Assembly (NCBI RefSeq): GCF_009914755.1
Contig: NC_060925.1
DNA length: 64,000 nt
Source of the DNA: the human T2T-CHM13v2.0 reference genome, Homo sapiens
Strand: one strand, 5' to 3'
Of the stretch, positions 51,161-64,000 are shown piece after piece (position 1 is the first letter of the stretch; each line of letters starts with the position of its first letter). The notes under the pieces were generated by a model. It had not been told where the DNA came from, did no database searches, and saw nothing but the letters and a program-made list of their open reading frames with translations. The position numbers and the translations under genes were made by a program.

Positions 51161-52259
51161 ATGATGATGATGATCGTGATGATGAAATTTATCTTTCACT
51201 GAATGTAAGAAAGCAATGCTGATCTCTGGGCATGGAAGGAATATTCCAAAGACATGAACTCCAAAAGGAAGAAACAATAAATACTTCTAAAGCAGTCATA
51301 AGGTTTGAGAGGAGAAGGTTCAATGATTTAAACAATCCAAACTAAACGACATTTGTTTAGCAATTAGTATGTGCCAAGTGCCATCATAGGCACTGGAGAT
51401 TCCAGGGATACATATAAAAAAGTTCATGACCATAAAGTGCTCACAGCCAAATGGAGGGGCCAGGTTAAAGGGGGACATGTGTCCCCACTTCAGCATGATG
51501 TCAGGCAGTGTTGAAACATTACCAGAAAGAAAGGATGAGACAGACTTGTTTTGCTTAGCCGGTTCAGGAACCTCATAGAAGAGCAGGCAAGTGAACTGGT
51601 CTTTGACAGCCAAGCAGGATTTCCAGGCATCTGACAGCATGTTTATGTTCTAGGCTGGGAAATTCTGTTCTATTCTTCCCTCTGAAAAGAAGAACAAGTT
51701 GTGTCTCAAGAAGGAGGACAGAGGACACTCTTTCATACTTCTCTTCCACTTTCTCATCCAAAGCCAGTAGCCAACTCTAAAACTGAATGCACATTCTGAG
51801 AAACACTGAAAAGGAAACAGAACTTTTGATGCAGAAATTAATCAAGACTTGGATATAAATTTGTCACATATAAAAAACTTTCAACTTCATCAAGTTAACT
51901 TTGAGACATTTAATGGAAAACAAGGCATTGATTCACAACATACATATATAAAATACGATTTATCAAAAGTAAAAAGACAAACAGTACTTGAGATATGTGA
52001 CTGCGAAGAAATATCAACCAAAGTCACTGGCTGGAAAGATAAATTAACAAATTTATTCATTATCCTTTGGCTTCCACCTCTATTCTCAAATCTTCTTTAA
52101 ACTAATAAGTTAGAGCTTCTTGGTTAGGTGAACAAGTACTTGGCTCTGGAACGGAAAATGAAACAGAAGCATACTTCAGTCTAATAGTTCTTTCTGTTTG
52201 GATATTAGCTAGTAGACTATGAGGTGTTTCTATTTTTCCTTCTTTTGCTCTAAGGCTGC

Positions 52260-52905
52260 AGCAGTATTTCTCAAGGTGGGGAGATTGCTTCCTAAAAAAC
52301 ACTTGGCAATGTCTGCAGACATATTTGATTATTAATATGGAAGTTGGGGAGGCCTGGAACAGTGGCTCACATCTGTAATTCTAACACTTTGGGAGGCTGA
52401 GGCAGAAGGACTGCTTGAGCCCAGGAGTTCCAGGCCAACCTGGGCAACAAAGTGAGACCCCATCTCTACAAACAATCAAAAAATTAGTCAGCCTTACCAA
52501 GCAGAGTCCCATATTTAGAATTAAACTTAAAATGAGAAAAAGAAAATGTAAAAAGGTAAATACATTTTTTAAAAATTAGCTGACTTGAGCCCAGGAATCC
52601 AAGACCAGCTGGGCAACATAGTGGGACCCTGTCTGTACAAAAAATAAAATAAAAAAAATAGCTGAGTGGGGTGGCATGCACCTGTGGTCCCAGCTACACA
52701 GGAAGCCAAGGCAGGGGGGATCACTTGAACCCAGGAGGTCAAGGCTGCAGTGAGTCGTGTCCGTGCCTTCATGTGGGGAGAGGAATGCTGTTGGCATCTA
52801 GTGGGTAAAGGCCAAGGATGCTGCTGAACATCCTACCATGCACAGGACAGCCCCAGAGCCAAAAGTTATTCCCCAGTATGCCAATAGTGCTGGGGCTGAA
52901 ACCCA
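52260..52905. mobile_element. MER20 interrupted by a rearranged Alu (52350-52770)
   Basis: cacttggcaatgtctgcagacatatttg...ggcatctagtgggtaaaggccaaggatgctgctgaacatcctac. Confidence 0.85.
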
Positions 52906-53189
52906 CGGAGTGAAATCTGGGTAAGGTAAGAAAAATCTTGTAAAATGAAAACCAAGGATAGGATTCAGAAAATTAATGGCTTTCTTAATCATGAAAATGT
53001 GAGAATATTAATATAAGCAGGTATTTAAAATCAAGAAAGTATGTATTCAGGGAAACTTGAATCTATGCTCCCAGGAAAAAAACAATATTACAAAATAGAT
53101 ACATAAATAAAATCTACAGCAATTTGAGAAGACCCAAAGGAAAGAGGCCAGCACTGCTTCCCAGAGGGCAGCCTTCACAGTGCTGCTCA

Positions 53190-53570
<381 letters not shown>

Positions 53571-53790
53571 ATTAAAACCATGGGTTGTTTTTCTGATTAA
53601 TGGATTTATTTCTATAAAATATTTAAATAACAAAAAAAGTAACGTGTATGTATATGTATATTTACATCTTTATCTATATATACATATACCTATAGCAATT
53701 CCCACTTATCAAAATTTCCCACTTATCAAATTATACATATTATTCCCACTTACCAAATTGTATATTATATATATATATAATTTAATATAT

Positions 53791-53818
53791 ATTATTTTTA
53801 ATATATATTAAAAATAAT
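53791..53818. repeat. Perfect 28-bp AT palindrome
   Basis: ATTATTTTTAATATATATTAAAAATAAT is its own reverse complement. Confidence 0.9.
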
Positions 53819-54127
<309 letters not shown>

Positions 54128-54461
54128 CTAATAGAGAAGCTCTCTGTGTTTTCATGTGGAAATATCTTTGAGATATAATGTGAATCGAAAGAACCAAGGG
54201 GTAGAACACAGGTGGGGCTCAGCAGGGCTCAGAGAGGAGAGAGAAAAATGTCTTTTCATATGTACCAGTACTTGAATAAATTCTCAAATAACATTCAAGA
54301 AATTGATTAAAGTGGTTACCTGGGACATGGATAAAGGAGTTGGGAACCAAAAGGATGAGGGGTAAGCATGGGAGTAAGACTTTTCAACATATACCTTTTC
54401 GTATTTTTAACCACGTGATTGTATGCGTATCCAAAAACCTCAAATAAGTAAAAGTGCATTA

Positions 54462-54882
<421 letters not shown>

Positions 54883-55329
54883 GAAATCTGTCTTAAAAAA
54901 CTGGGACATACTGGTGCTATACTTACATTCCAGCCTTGAACAGAACTGGATACTGGTTTCACAAAGATTATCCCCTTTATCTTCACAAAAACCTTGAAAA
55001 ATTAAAAATGAGGGTAGTAGGGGAAGAGGTAGGAATTTCAGTCTGTTACAGGCTGGGCACATCATGTGAAACAGGAATTAGATTTGTCCTCCCTGACCTA
55101 AGGGGCAGAAAAAGACCAGAGTATGCTGTTAGAGGGAGATAACATTAGACTCAACAGAATTTTCAAACACAGAAAACAATCTAAGGAGACCTCAGGATGT
55201 ATTATAGCAAATTCTGTATGTAATCACCAGATAAAATCTTGGTGGGGCGTGCAATTTAACAAACATTTATTGAGCTTAGACTGCTAGACCCAAAGGTATT
55301 CCTGAGTTAAAGATGAAAAAAACTTTCTT

Positions 55330-55970
55330 AGATACATCTATCTCTGGGAGAGAGGAGAAGATTATTTGGCAATATCTTTAAATGTTTAAGATGCTCACAT
55401 TCTGAAACGCAGACATTTCATTTTATGGTATTTACATAGGCATCAGAGGCATATGTATACAGATATTCTTTGTGCAGTTATTTCACAATAGCATAAGTTG
55501 AAAATAATCTATTTGTCAATTAATAGTGAATTGGCTAAATAACCTATAGTATTATCCATACTAGGAAATACCAGAAAGCAGTCTGGGAAAAGTAAAGAAA
55601 ACTTGGGAAACCACGTGTTTTTTACTTTTGCCATGGTTGCCAAGCTATATGGTTGAACTTTCTTTTTTTAATAGGGAGTTAAAGGATGATTCAAACAATG
55701 TGATACAAGTGACATTTTTTAAAACCTTCATGTCCACAGAGGGGGTAAAAAAAAAACACTTATTTTCTGTGGGTATATATATGCATATTAAATACATAGG
55801 AAGCGGTCAGAAGGAAAAACAGTAAATTGGTAACAATGTGTACTTCCAGGGGTTGGGGAAAGGGATGGTAAAGGGTAGGATTGTCAAAGAGGACTTTAGC
55901 CTTTTCTGTGATGTTTTAAATTTTTACAAGGCAGATGAATTTATGTCTCACTTGTGTAGTTAAAAATATT
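55330..55970 (+). mobile_element. L1ME-type 3' fragment
   Basis: atttggcaatatct, ttggctaaataacctatagtattatccatac motifs. Confidence 0.6.
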
Positions 55971-56089
55971 TGCTTTCAACACTTAAAAGTGGAGGAGGAG
56001 AGAAGTAGCAACCTTGCTCAAGGAGCTCACCATCTTTTAAATGATATAAGTTAAAATATAATTCAGTATGATCTGTACAACAACTGAAT

Positions 56090-56320
56090 AATAGCTAATA
56101 TTTGTTGAATTCTTATTATATAGCATGTGCTATGTATCTATTAAATTGTTTAATCTTGACCACAACCATAGGAGGTAGGAACAATTGTTATCCCCACTTT
56201 ACAGGTATGAAAACTGGGGCCTTGAGTGACTTGACCAAGCCCCCAAAGCTAATGGGTGGTAGAATAGGGATTGGAACACATTTCTGACTCCGGAGTCTAG
56301 ACTTAACTATTATGCTGTAT
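56090..56320 (-). mobile_element. MIR
   Basis: tatccccactttacaggtatgaaaactggggc. Confidence 0.7.
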
Positions 56321-56420
56321 TGCCCAAATATAGAGAGAGCATGGATGATCTACGGTGGCAGAGTCAGGGCTTGGAAATATTTGTGAACTTATTGTGGGTA
56401 CTGTGGAAAAAGTTCTATTT

Positions 56421-56743
<323 letters not shown>

Positions 56744-56745
56744 TT

Positions 56746-57360
56746 ATGGCAGACAGGGCTAACTACCTACGAAGTATCCATTTTCCCTTTCCTTTTCTCT
56801 AAGAGAACCCTGACTTGGTGTTCAGTGGCAAAGTCCCTAAATCAAAAAACCCTCAGCCTCCTTTGCATGTTAGGGGCAACCAGGTGACAGTTCTGGCCAA
56901 TGAGATGCAAACAGGGGCTGCATCCAGGAAAGGGCTTGTCAAAGGGGCAGACCCTTTCTGTAATTACAGAGGCAGAAGAACAAAAGCAACGGGGGATGGG
57001 GGCAACCTCAGCTAGTAAGTGCCACCTGGCCTTTTGCCCTTTACCATTCATGCCTTTTTCTTGCCTAGATTACAGAAATGATGCTGGGAGATTCAAAAGG
57101 CCATCTATAGACCATAAGGAGAAGAGCCACTTTCTAAGGATGGCAAAGCAAAAACATGTAAAGTGTTTGGAAAAAAAACTTCTGCTGAGCAATCTGGGGG
57201 AGAGAATTTAAAAAATTAAGAAAAAAGAAAAAGTTTGGACATCATGACATCTGGGTGCTGTTGCACAGTCCTGGTAACTACTCCTAACCTAGTTACATGA
57301 GAAAAACAAACATTTTTTGTTAAGCACACAGTCAGTTTTCATTCCATGCTGACAAATGCA
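56746..57360. mobile_element. Old MLT1 (J/K-like) LTR
   Basis: ccaggtgacagttctggccaatgagatg, aggatggcaaagcaaaa, ttacatgagaaaaacaaac. Confidence 0.6.
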
Positions 57361-58479
57361 ATTTAATGAACTCACTGGGGTTTAGGAAACCTCATCCTTA
57401 GGAAGGAATAGAGATACCTGAAAGGAGTTAGCTTGCCTAGCCTGGCTTTGAAAATAGGAAAGAATTGCTCTTCCACCCTAACTTACCCTAGGATACCCTG
57501 AGGCCCAGGGCATGTGCCAGCCCAGAAGGAGCCACAGCCCTCAAAGACAGAGGGAATCATGAAATGGAGCCAGGGGATTTATGGGGCTTCAGATTCCCCT
57601 AAGATCCCCCAAGCAAGAGTAGGGCAGCAGAACGGCCTGCTAGAGGGTTGAGCGTTGGCAACTTGACTCCAGTGTTTGGGGGTATAGATCCCATTCTATT
57701 TATAGCACCAGCAGGTGGGCAGGAGGAGGGAGTGGTGCTCTTGGCAGCTGTTTGTTTTGAACCTGCCAAGGCAGCTCCCTGAACATTTGCTTAAAAAGCA
57801 GAAGAGGGAAGAGTAGAGTTGGGATGGGGATGCAGGAACAGAGCTTGGAAGAAAGAAGAAAAAGAATGGCACACACGTTCGAAATGGAATTGCAGGGTCT
57901 AAACTCTTATGAGGGTCACATTTCCCCAAGGTAATCTTGATGTTTTTGGACGGGCCAAATATCCCCCAACATGATTCCCTGAGCCTTGCAATCCTTTGGG
58001 CCTGGGCTTGGCTAGACTAGAGTTAGAGGCTGTTTGAAAGTCAAAAGCAGTCAGAAGAGACAAGAGTGCCAGGTCACTGACACTAAGGGGAAGAAGATTT
58101 TGAGAAGAAAACTGGGCCAAGCTTTTCAGAGAGGCAGGGAGGTTGGGGGTGTGACCAGCTGGCTTGCCAGTGGAGGTGGCTGGGGTTGACCATTCTTTCT
58201 TAAAATCTAGCAGTAAGCAGAAGAAAAAAAATATGGTAATATCTTGATAAGTGATGGAGTCAAGGAAAAAAGGAAGATACGCCTGTCTAGGCCAAAGAAA
58301 TATCTGGTAAGACTGAAGGAGCAAGCTGAGTGAGAATTTTAGATTGTGACAGGCTACAGTCATGCTCCTCGGCCACCTCCCAGGGGACCTATTGCCTCTT
58401 TTTTGCTGTTAGTGTCCTTCCATCTTTTTTACTTTTAGGATCTCCCAGAGGATATAAACTTCACTGGACACTGTTTATG

Positions 58480-58776
58480 TTTGTTGTTGTTGTTGTTATT
58501 TATTTTTTTTCTTTCTGTGAGACAAGAGTGCAGTGGCGCTATCATGGCTACTGCAGCGTCGAACTTCTGGGCTCAAGGGATCCTCCTGCTTCAGCCACCT
58601 GAGGAGCTAGGACTTCAGGTGCACATCACCACACCCGGATAATTTTTTTATTGTAGTAGAGATGGGGTTTCGCTAGGCTTGCCCAGGCTGGTCTTGAACT
58701 CCTGGCCTTAAAGTGATCTGTCTGCCTTAGACTCCCAAGGTGCTGGGATTACAGGCGTAAGCCACCATGCCTGGCC
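58480..58776 (-). mobile_element. AluJ
   Basis: TSD ctggacact. Confidence 0.88.
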
Positions 58777-59699
58777 TGGACACTCTTAAAAATGTGGAGC
58801 ATTTGTAATATCCAAAAGCATAAAGTTATAATTGTAGATGCCAAGTGGCAAGGGCAATGTGACCATTTAAACTACACTCTATAGGCAGCTGTCTATTCAT
58901 AGAGCCAGCACTTGGATAGAAACTTGGGTGTATTCTCCAATGGCTAAAAGAAGGTCAGGAGACTTGAACTTGAAAGTGAAAAAGAACTTGTGTCCAAACC
59001 CCTTACTTTATCAATGAGAAAACTGAAGGTCAGAGAGAGGAAATAAGTGGTCCAAGTCACACAGCTAGTTTAGGGATTATAAAAGTAAACATGGACTGCA
59101 TATACCAGGAAATTTACTGTTTATATCTTTACTTCATTTGATTTTTACATCAACCCTGTGAGGTAGATATTCTGACAGGCTAAATCGTTCACCTGTGGTC
59201 ATATAGACACCCTGGGGCAGAGCTGAGATTTGAACTCACATAATCCTGCCTTCAGAGAGTCTGTGCTCTTCACCAACTCCTTTTTCATCCCTTAGCGCTT
59301 TGTCTCCATTGTCCCAAGCTACTTCCTCCCACCAACCCCCGACTGTCCTCTATCCCCGCCTCCTCCTCTCAGGGTCAACAGGTCATCCTTGCCTTGCTCC
59401 TGTGCTCTGATAGGGGCAGATGAGAAGTTTAGTTTTTTTAGGGGTGAAAATAACGGCAGAGGAAGAACAAAAGGGAGATGCAGATTTCCGTGTGAACACC
59501 ATGGGAACCAGGAAGGGGCTGAGCATGGGCCAAAGAGGGTCAGAGTCTACAGTGTCTGCTGAGCGCAAGGAAGAGGGGGAGGGGATGAAGTGGCCACATC
59601 TCCCGTTCTCTTAGTCTAAGCAGGGAGTATAATGTGGGATTCACAGATACTTGGTGAGGTGGGGACAGTGAGCCCCAAGAAATGGTATGCAAAATTTTC

Positions 59700-59880
59700 A
59701 TCATGTACACCCCTGTCATCCCAGCTGCTCAGGAGGCTGAAGCAGGAGGATTGCTTGAGCCCAGGAGTCCAAGGCTTTAGTGTACAATGATCAAGCTGGT
59801 GAATAGTCACTGCACTGCACTCCAGCCTGAACAACAATGAGACCCCATATCTAAAACAACCAACCAACCAAACAAACAAA
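59700..59880 (+). mobile_element. FAM/FRAM Alu monomer
   Basis: gtgaatagtcactgcactgcactccagcc (7SL-like). Confidence 0.75.
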
Positions 59881-60064
59881 ACCATTTCTCTTTTTTGGAG
59901 AAATATATATATATATATATATATAAAAAATGTTTTTAAGAAAATAATTTTGAACATGTGCATTTTTCTCCATTTTCCTCTGTCCAACATAAAAGCTAGT
60001 CTAGAAAGAACCATACCCTTGATGCTGCCCTCTCTCAGGTCTAGGATCCCATAAAATGCAGCCA

Positions 60065-60260
60065 TTATGTAGAGGCAAGAGCACTGAGGTTGGAGTTAGA
60101 AAACCAGCGCTGAAATCCTGGCTCTGCCTCTTACCCGGCTGTGTGGCCTTGAGCAAATCACACTATTTCCTGGAGACTCAGTTCCTTGATATTTAAGTGA
60201 GGATAATCTACCTCTCATGCAGAGGAGTTGTGGGAATCAGATGAAATCCAGCTGAGGGTG
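60065..60260 (+). mobile_element. MIR
   Basis: aaatcctggctctgcctcttacccggctgtgtggccttgagcaa. Confidence 0.7.
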
Positions 60261-60303
60261 AGTGTGCCTTTAAATGTTTTCATTAGGAAGTAATACATTC
60301 TCA

Positions 60304-60592
60304 GCTGGGCATGGTGGCTGATGCCTGTAATCCCAACACTTTGGGAATCCAAGGCTGGAGAACCTATTGAGCCCAGGAGTTTGAGACAAGCTTGGGCAAC
60401 ATTGTGCGACCCTGTCTCTACAGAAAATTTAAAAATCAGACGGCTGTGGTGGTGCGTGCCTATAGTCCCAGCTACTCAGAAGGCTGAGGCAGGAGGATCA
60501 CTTGAGCCTAGGAGGTCAAGGCTGCAGTGAGCTGAGATTGCACCATTGCACTCATGCCTGGGCGACAGAGTAAGACCCTGTCTCTATAAAAA
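60304..60592 (+). mobile_element. AluJ
   Basis: Dimeric Alu. Confidence 0.9.
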
Positions 60593-60820
60593 AGCAAATT
60601 CTCATTACTAAACATTTAGAAAATGTAAGAGGCTTCCTTTTTCTGGGAAGAAAAAAAAATTGGGAAAATCAGCCATAGTTCCACCATTTAATTTTAACAT
60701 TTAATATATTTTTGCCAGCTTTTTCAATGCATGCTTCTTCTTTATTTTGACTTTGGTAAGATAATTGATAAAAATCATCTAATTAGGTTTTATTTGATCA
60801 TAGGACAAAATTATACTCCC

Positions 60821-61620
60821 TGTATTAGTCAGGGTTCTTCAGAGAAACAGAACCAACAAGAGATTATCTATATCTATATCTGCATAAATGGGTAAAATGA
60901 AAGAGAGAAAAAGAGAAATAAAAAAACTTATTTTAAGGCATTGGTTCATGCAGTCGTGGAAGTTTAAGGAGTCCAAAATCTGGTGGGGTAGGCCAACAGG
61001 CTGGAGACTCAGGGAAGAGTTGCAGTTTGAGTACCAAAGCATTCTGCAGGCAGAATTTCTTCTTGCTCAAGGGAGCAAATCCTTTGTTCTAAGTCTTTAT
61101 CAAGTCTTTTGTTCTAAGACTTTCAACTGATTTTATGAGGCCCACTCACATTAGGGAGGGTAAATGCTTTGCTCAGAGTTCACTTATTTAAATGTTAATC
61201 TCATCTAAGACCACGTCTCAGAAATATCCAGGGTGGGCTGTTGTGGTGGCTCACGCCTATAATCCTAGCACTTTTGGAGGCTGAGACAGGTAGATCACCT
61301 GAGGTCAGGAGTTCAAGGCCAGCCTGGCCAACGAGGCAAAACCCGTCTCTACTAAAAATATAAAAATTAGCTGGGCGTGGTGGCGGGTCCTTGTAATTCC
61401 AGCTACACGGGCTGAGGTAGGAGAATTGCTTGAACCTGAGAGGGGGATGTTGCATGAGCCGAGATCATGCCATTGCACTCCAGCCTGGGCGACAAGAGTG
61501 AAACTCCATTTCAAGAAAAAAAAAAGAAAGGAAAGAAAGAAAGGAAGGAAGGTAGGAAGGAAGGAAGGGGGGGAAGGAAGGAAGGAAGATCCAGAGTAAA
61601 ATTTGATCAAATATCTAACA
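60821..61620 (-). mobile_element. MLT2 (ERVL) LTR interrupted by AluS (61236-61588 + including GGAA tail)
   Basis: TGTATTAGTCAGGGTTCTTCAGAGAAACAGAACC start; ttaaatgttaatctcatct...gaaatatccag. Confidence 0.85.
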
Positions 61621-61989
61621 CTTCATGAGAGCTTTTTATAAATAAAAGCTATGGAGCTCTGTGTGAGTTTTCTCATACCAGAACAATATTTGCATAAAGC
61701 TTTGTAGAAAGCAGTTCAGATGTTCAACCTTGAGCAGGTTGAGCTTAACTCTAGGAGGCACTTGTTTTCCAGTAAGCCATGGTAGTCTATGTGGCATGAG
61801 TTTACTGTCTGGAGCTGCCAAGCACACTGTGTTGTTTAGATTGTATGATAGGGATGGGGGTGAGGGGAGCTGATGAAGATCATGATGGGGGTTAAAGTCC
61901 CCTAGACCTTCCCTTGGTGGTATCACTGGGCTTGAAGAAACCAGGTGGGACAATGATATACTGTCAGTGCCTCTTAAGGAGATATGTCC

Positions 61990-62255
61990 TTCTTCTTCTT
62001 TTTTTTTTTTTTTTTTTTTTTTTGAGACAGAGTCTCACTCTGTCACCCAGGCTGGAGTACAGTGGGGCGATATTGGCTCACTGCAACTTCCACCTCCTGA
62101 GTAGCTGGGACTACAGACATGCACCACCACGCCCAGCTTATTTTTGTATTTTTAGTAGAGGGGGTTTTGCCATGTTGGTCAGGCTGATCTCTGGTGATCC
62201 ACCTGCCTCTGCCTCCCAAAGTGCTGGGATTACAGGCGTGAGCCACCACACCCAG
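61990..62255 (-). mobile_element. AluS with internal deletions
   Basis: Alu consensus. Confidence 0.88.
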
Positions 62256-62951
62256 CAATGAAACATTCTTATCCGTTTCCCTATCCTGTCCTCTGGAAGG
62301 CCTGTCAGCCCAACCCTGCTCCTCTGACAAAGCTCTATTACCCTCAGGAGAGAGATTCAGGCAGCCAAGGCAATGAAGTAGAAGAAAGCTCTGACAGCGT
62401 TGGAGAGACTTCAGGCCTAGAAGAGGCAGGGACTTAGAGTCAAGAGCCCTGCTATTTCTATCTTCTCTGAGATTACCAGTCTCCAGGCAGGCATCTCTAT
62501 CAAGAGAAAGTTGCAAAGCCTGTGAGCCAGTGGGTCATACGTATCTGATGAATGCTCACTCCCACCCCTGCCCCACCTCCCAACACACCCCCAGCAACCT
62601 CTGTCATCAGTAACCTTAGTCACTGCCAGCCTAAGATAGAGGTGTCCTGGAGCCCTAGAAGGAAAGGTCAGTCGATTTAAATAGCTACAGCATCTACAGC
62701 AACTTTCCTGGCCTCAGAAAGGAAACCCAAGCTGTGAGAGATGACGCTCCACTGGCTCTACCCCCGGTGGGGGGACAAAAAGGGAGATGTCTGCTGTGTT
62801 CCCTACAGTGTGCTTTGTCACGTAAATGCAGCAGCCTTACTTCATCCTGAGGGCTGTACATCACTGTAACCATTTTATAGACGATGAAACTGAATCTCAG
62901 ATTAACTGACTTGCCAAAGGCAATAAGATCAGATACTGCTCCTTCACTGAA

Positions 62952-62987
62952 ATCTTTTCATAAGATCTTATGATCTTATGAAAAGAT
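62952..62987. repeat. Perfect 16-bp inverted repeat with 4-nt loop
   Basis: ATCTTTTCATAAGATC-ttat-GATCTTATGAAAAGAT. Confidence 0.92.
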
Positions 62988-63079
62988 CATAAATGCATTG
63001 TTTAAAAAAAAAACACTTTAAGCTTGGAGAAAAACATCAACACAAATTTCTCTCCTAACCCTGCCTCCAGGTTCCCTTC

Positions 63080-63540
63080 CTAGAATAAGTCACTGATATC
63101 AGTAATTGTAGACTTTCCAGGGATAGTATATGCGTCTGGAGTGTGTGTGTGTGCTTTTATATATATGCATATATACACACACACAAATGGTGGGATGCAA
63201 TATGCTGTTTTGCACCTGTTTTGTTCACTGAACGGCATAGCTTCAATTTCCTTACCAATGCACATAGATCTGTTTCATTCTTGTTAACAACTGCATAATG
63301 TTTATATGTAGATGGGCCATATTATCTAATCAGTTGTTTCTTCCAGTAGTTTGCTAATATAAACAATGGGGCAATGAACTTTCCTGTACATATGCCGTTG
63401 TGCACATATGCAAGTACATCTGTAGATAAATTCCTGGAAGGAGAGTTCCTGGGTCAAAATGACATGTCCATTGGAAATAATGATTAAAATTGCAAAACTA
63501 CGCTCCCCAAAAGATGTCCCAATTTACGTTAACCATACTT
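63080..63540 (-). mobile_element. L1ME-type fragment
   Basis: aaacaatggggcaatgaac...gtagataaattcctggaag...ccaatttac. Confidence 0.7.
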
Positions 63541-63800
63541 GAGAGGCTGCCAGTGACTTCAACCTGCCAGAAAGGTTTGGAGCCTTCTCTACCTAAATTG
63601 TGTCTAGCAGAACCAGTGCCCAGACCCAAAACTTGTTTTTAAATCTAGTGTTTGTTTATTTTTCCTTTTATACAAAAGTTCCCTTCCACACATACATGAT
63701 TTAAAGGAGCTGGGAGAAAGTTAGAATTTAAATGAAATAGAAGGAGTAGCGTCTTTACTCTTGGAGCTTAACTTCTAGGAGTAAAGAAAGCAAATTCTTA

Positions 63801-64000
63801 GGCCAGGCACTGTGGCTCAGACCTGTAATCCCAGCACTTTGGGAGGCCAAAGCAGACAGACTGCTTGAGTCCAGCAGTTTGAGACCAGCCTGGGCAACAA
63901 AATGAGATGCCCATCTCTACAAAAAATTGAAAATTAGCCAGACACGGTGGTGTACACCTGTGGTCCCAGCTACTTAGGAGGCTGAGATGGGAGGATCACT
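63801..64000 (+). mobile_element. AluJ (cut by window end)
   Basis: Alu consensus. Confidence 0.9.

Overview
This is human (hominid) non-coding genomic DNA; a human-specific AluYa5 supports human. I found no intact protein-coding gene: the listed ORFs come from Alu, SVA or simple repeats, or are chance frames. The window holds a full-length SVA (1908-4345) with a 3' transduction to 4738, about 60 Alu copies, old L1/L2/MIR fragments, MaLR/ERVL solo LTRs and hAT MITEs (MER53, MER5A, MER20). It also has three retrocopies: U6 snRNA (26634-26840), RPL18 (28029-28994) and EIF1 (35427-36092). From memory, this trio fits 1q25.3 between LINC01344 and GLUL; I could not verify that. Splice signals at 13089-13630 suggest the 5' exons of a minus-strand lncRNA. 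I found no evidence of a novel biological system. The most interesting items are retrotransposition structures: the SVA transduction, an old L1 with a twin-priming inversion, nested insertions, an EIF1 retrocopy with an open frame but ATG>AAG, and a miR-1302-like MER53 hairpin. Repeat boundaries and subfamily calls were read by eye and are approximate.
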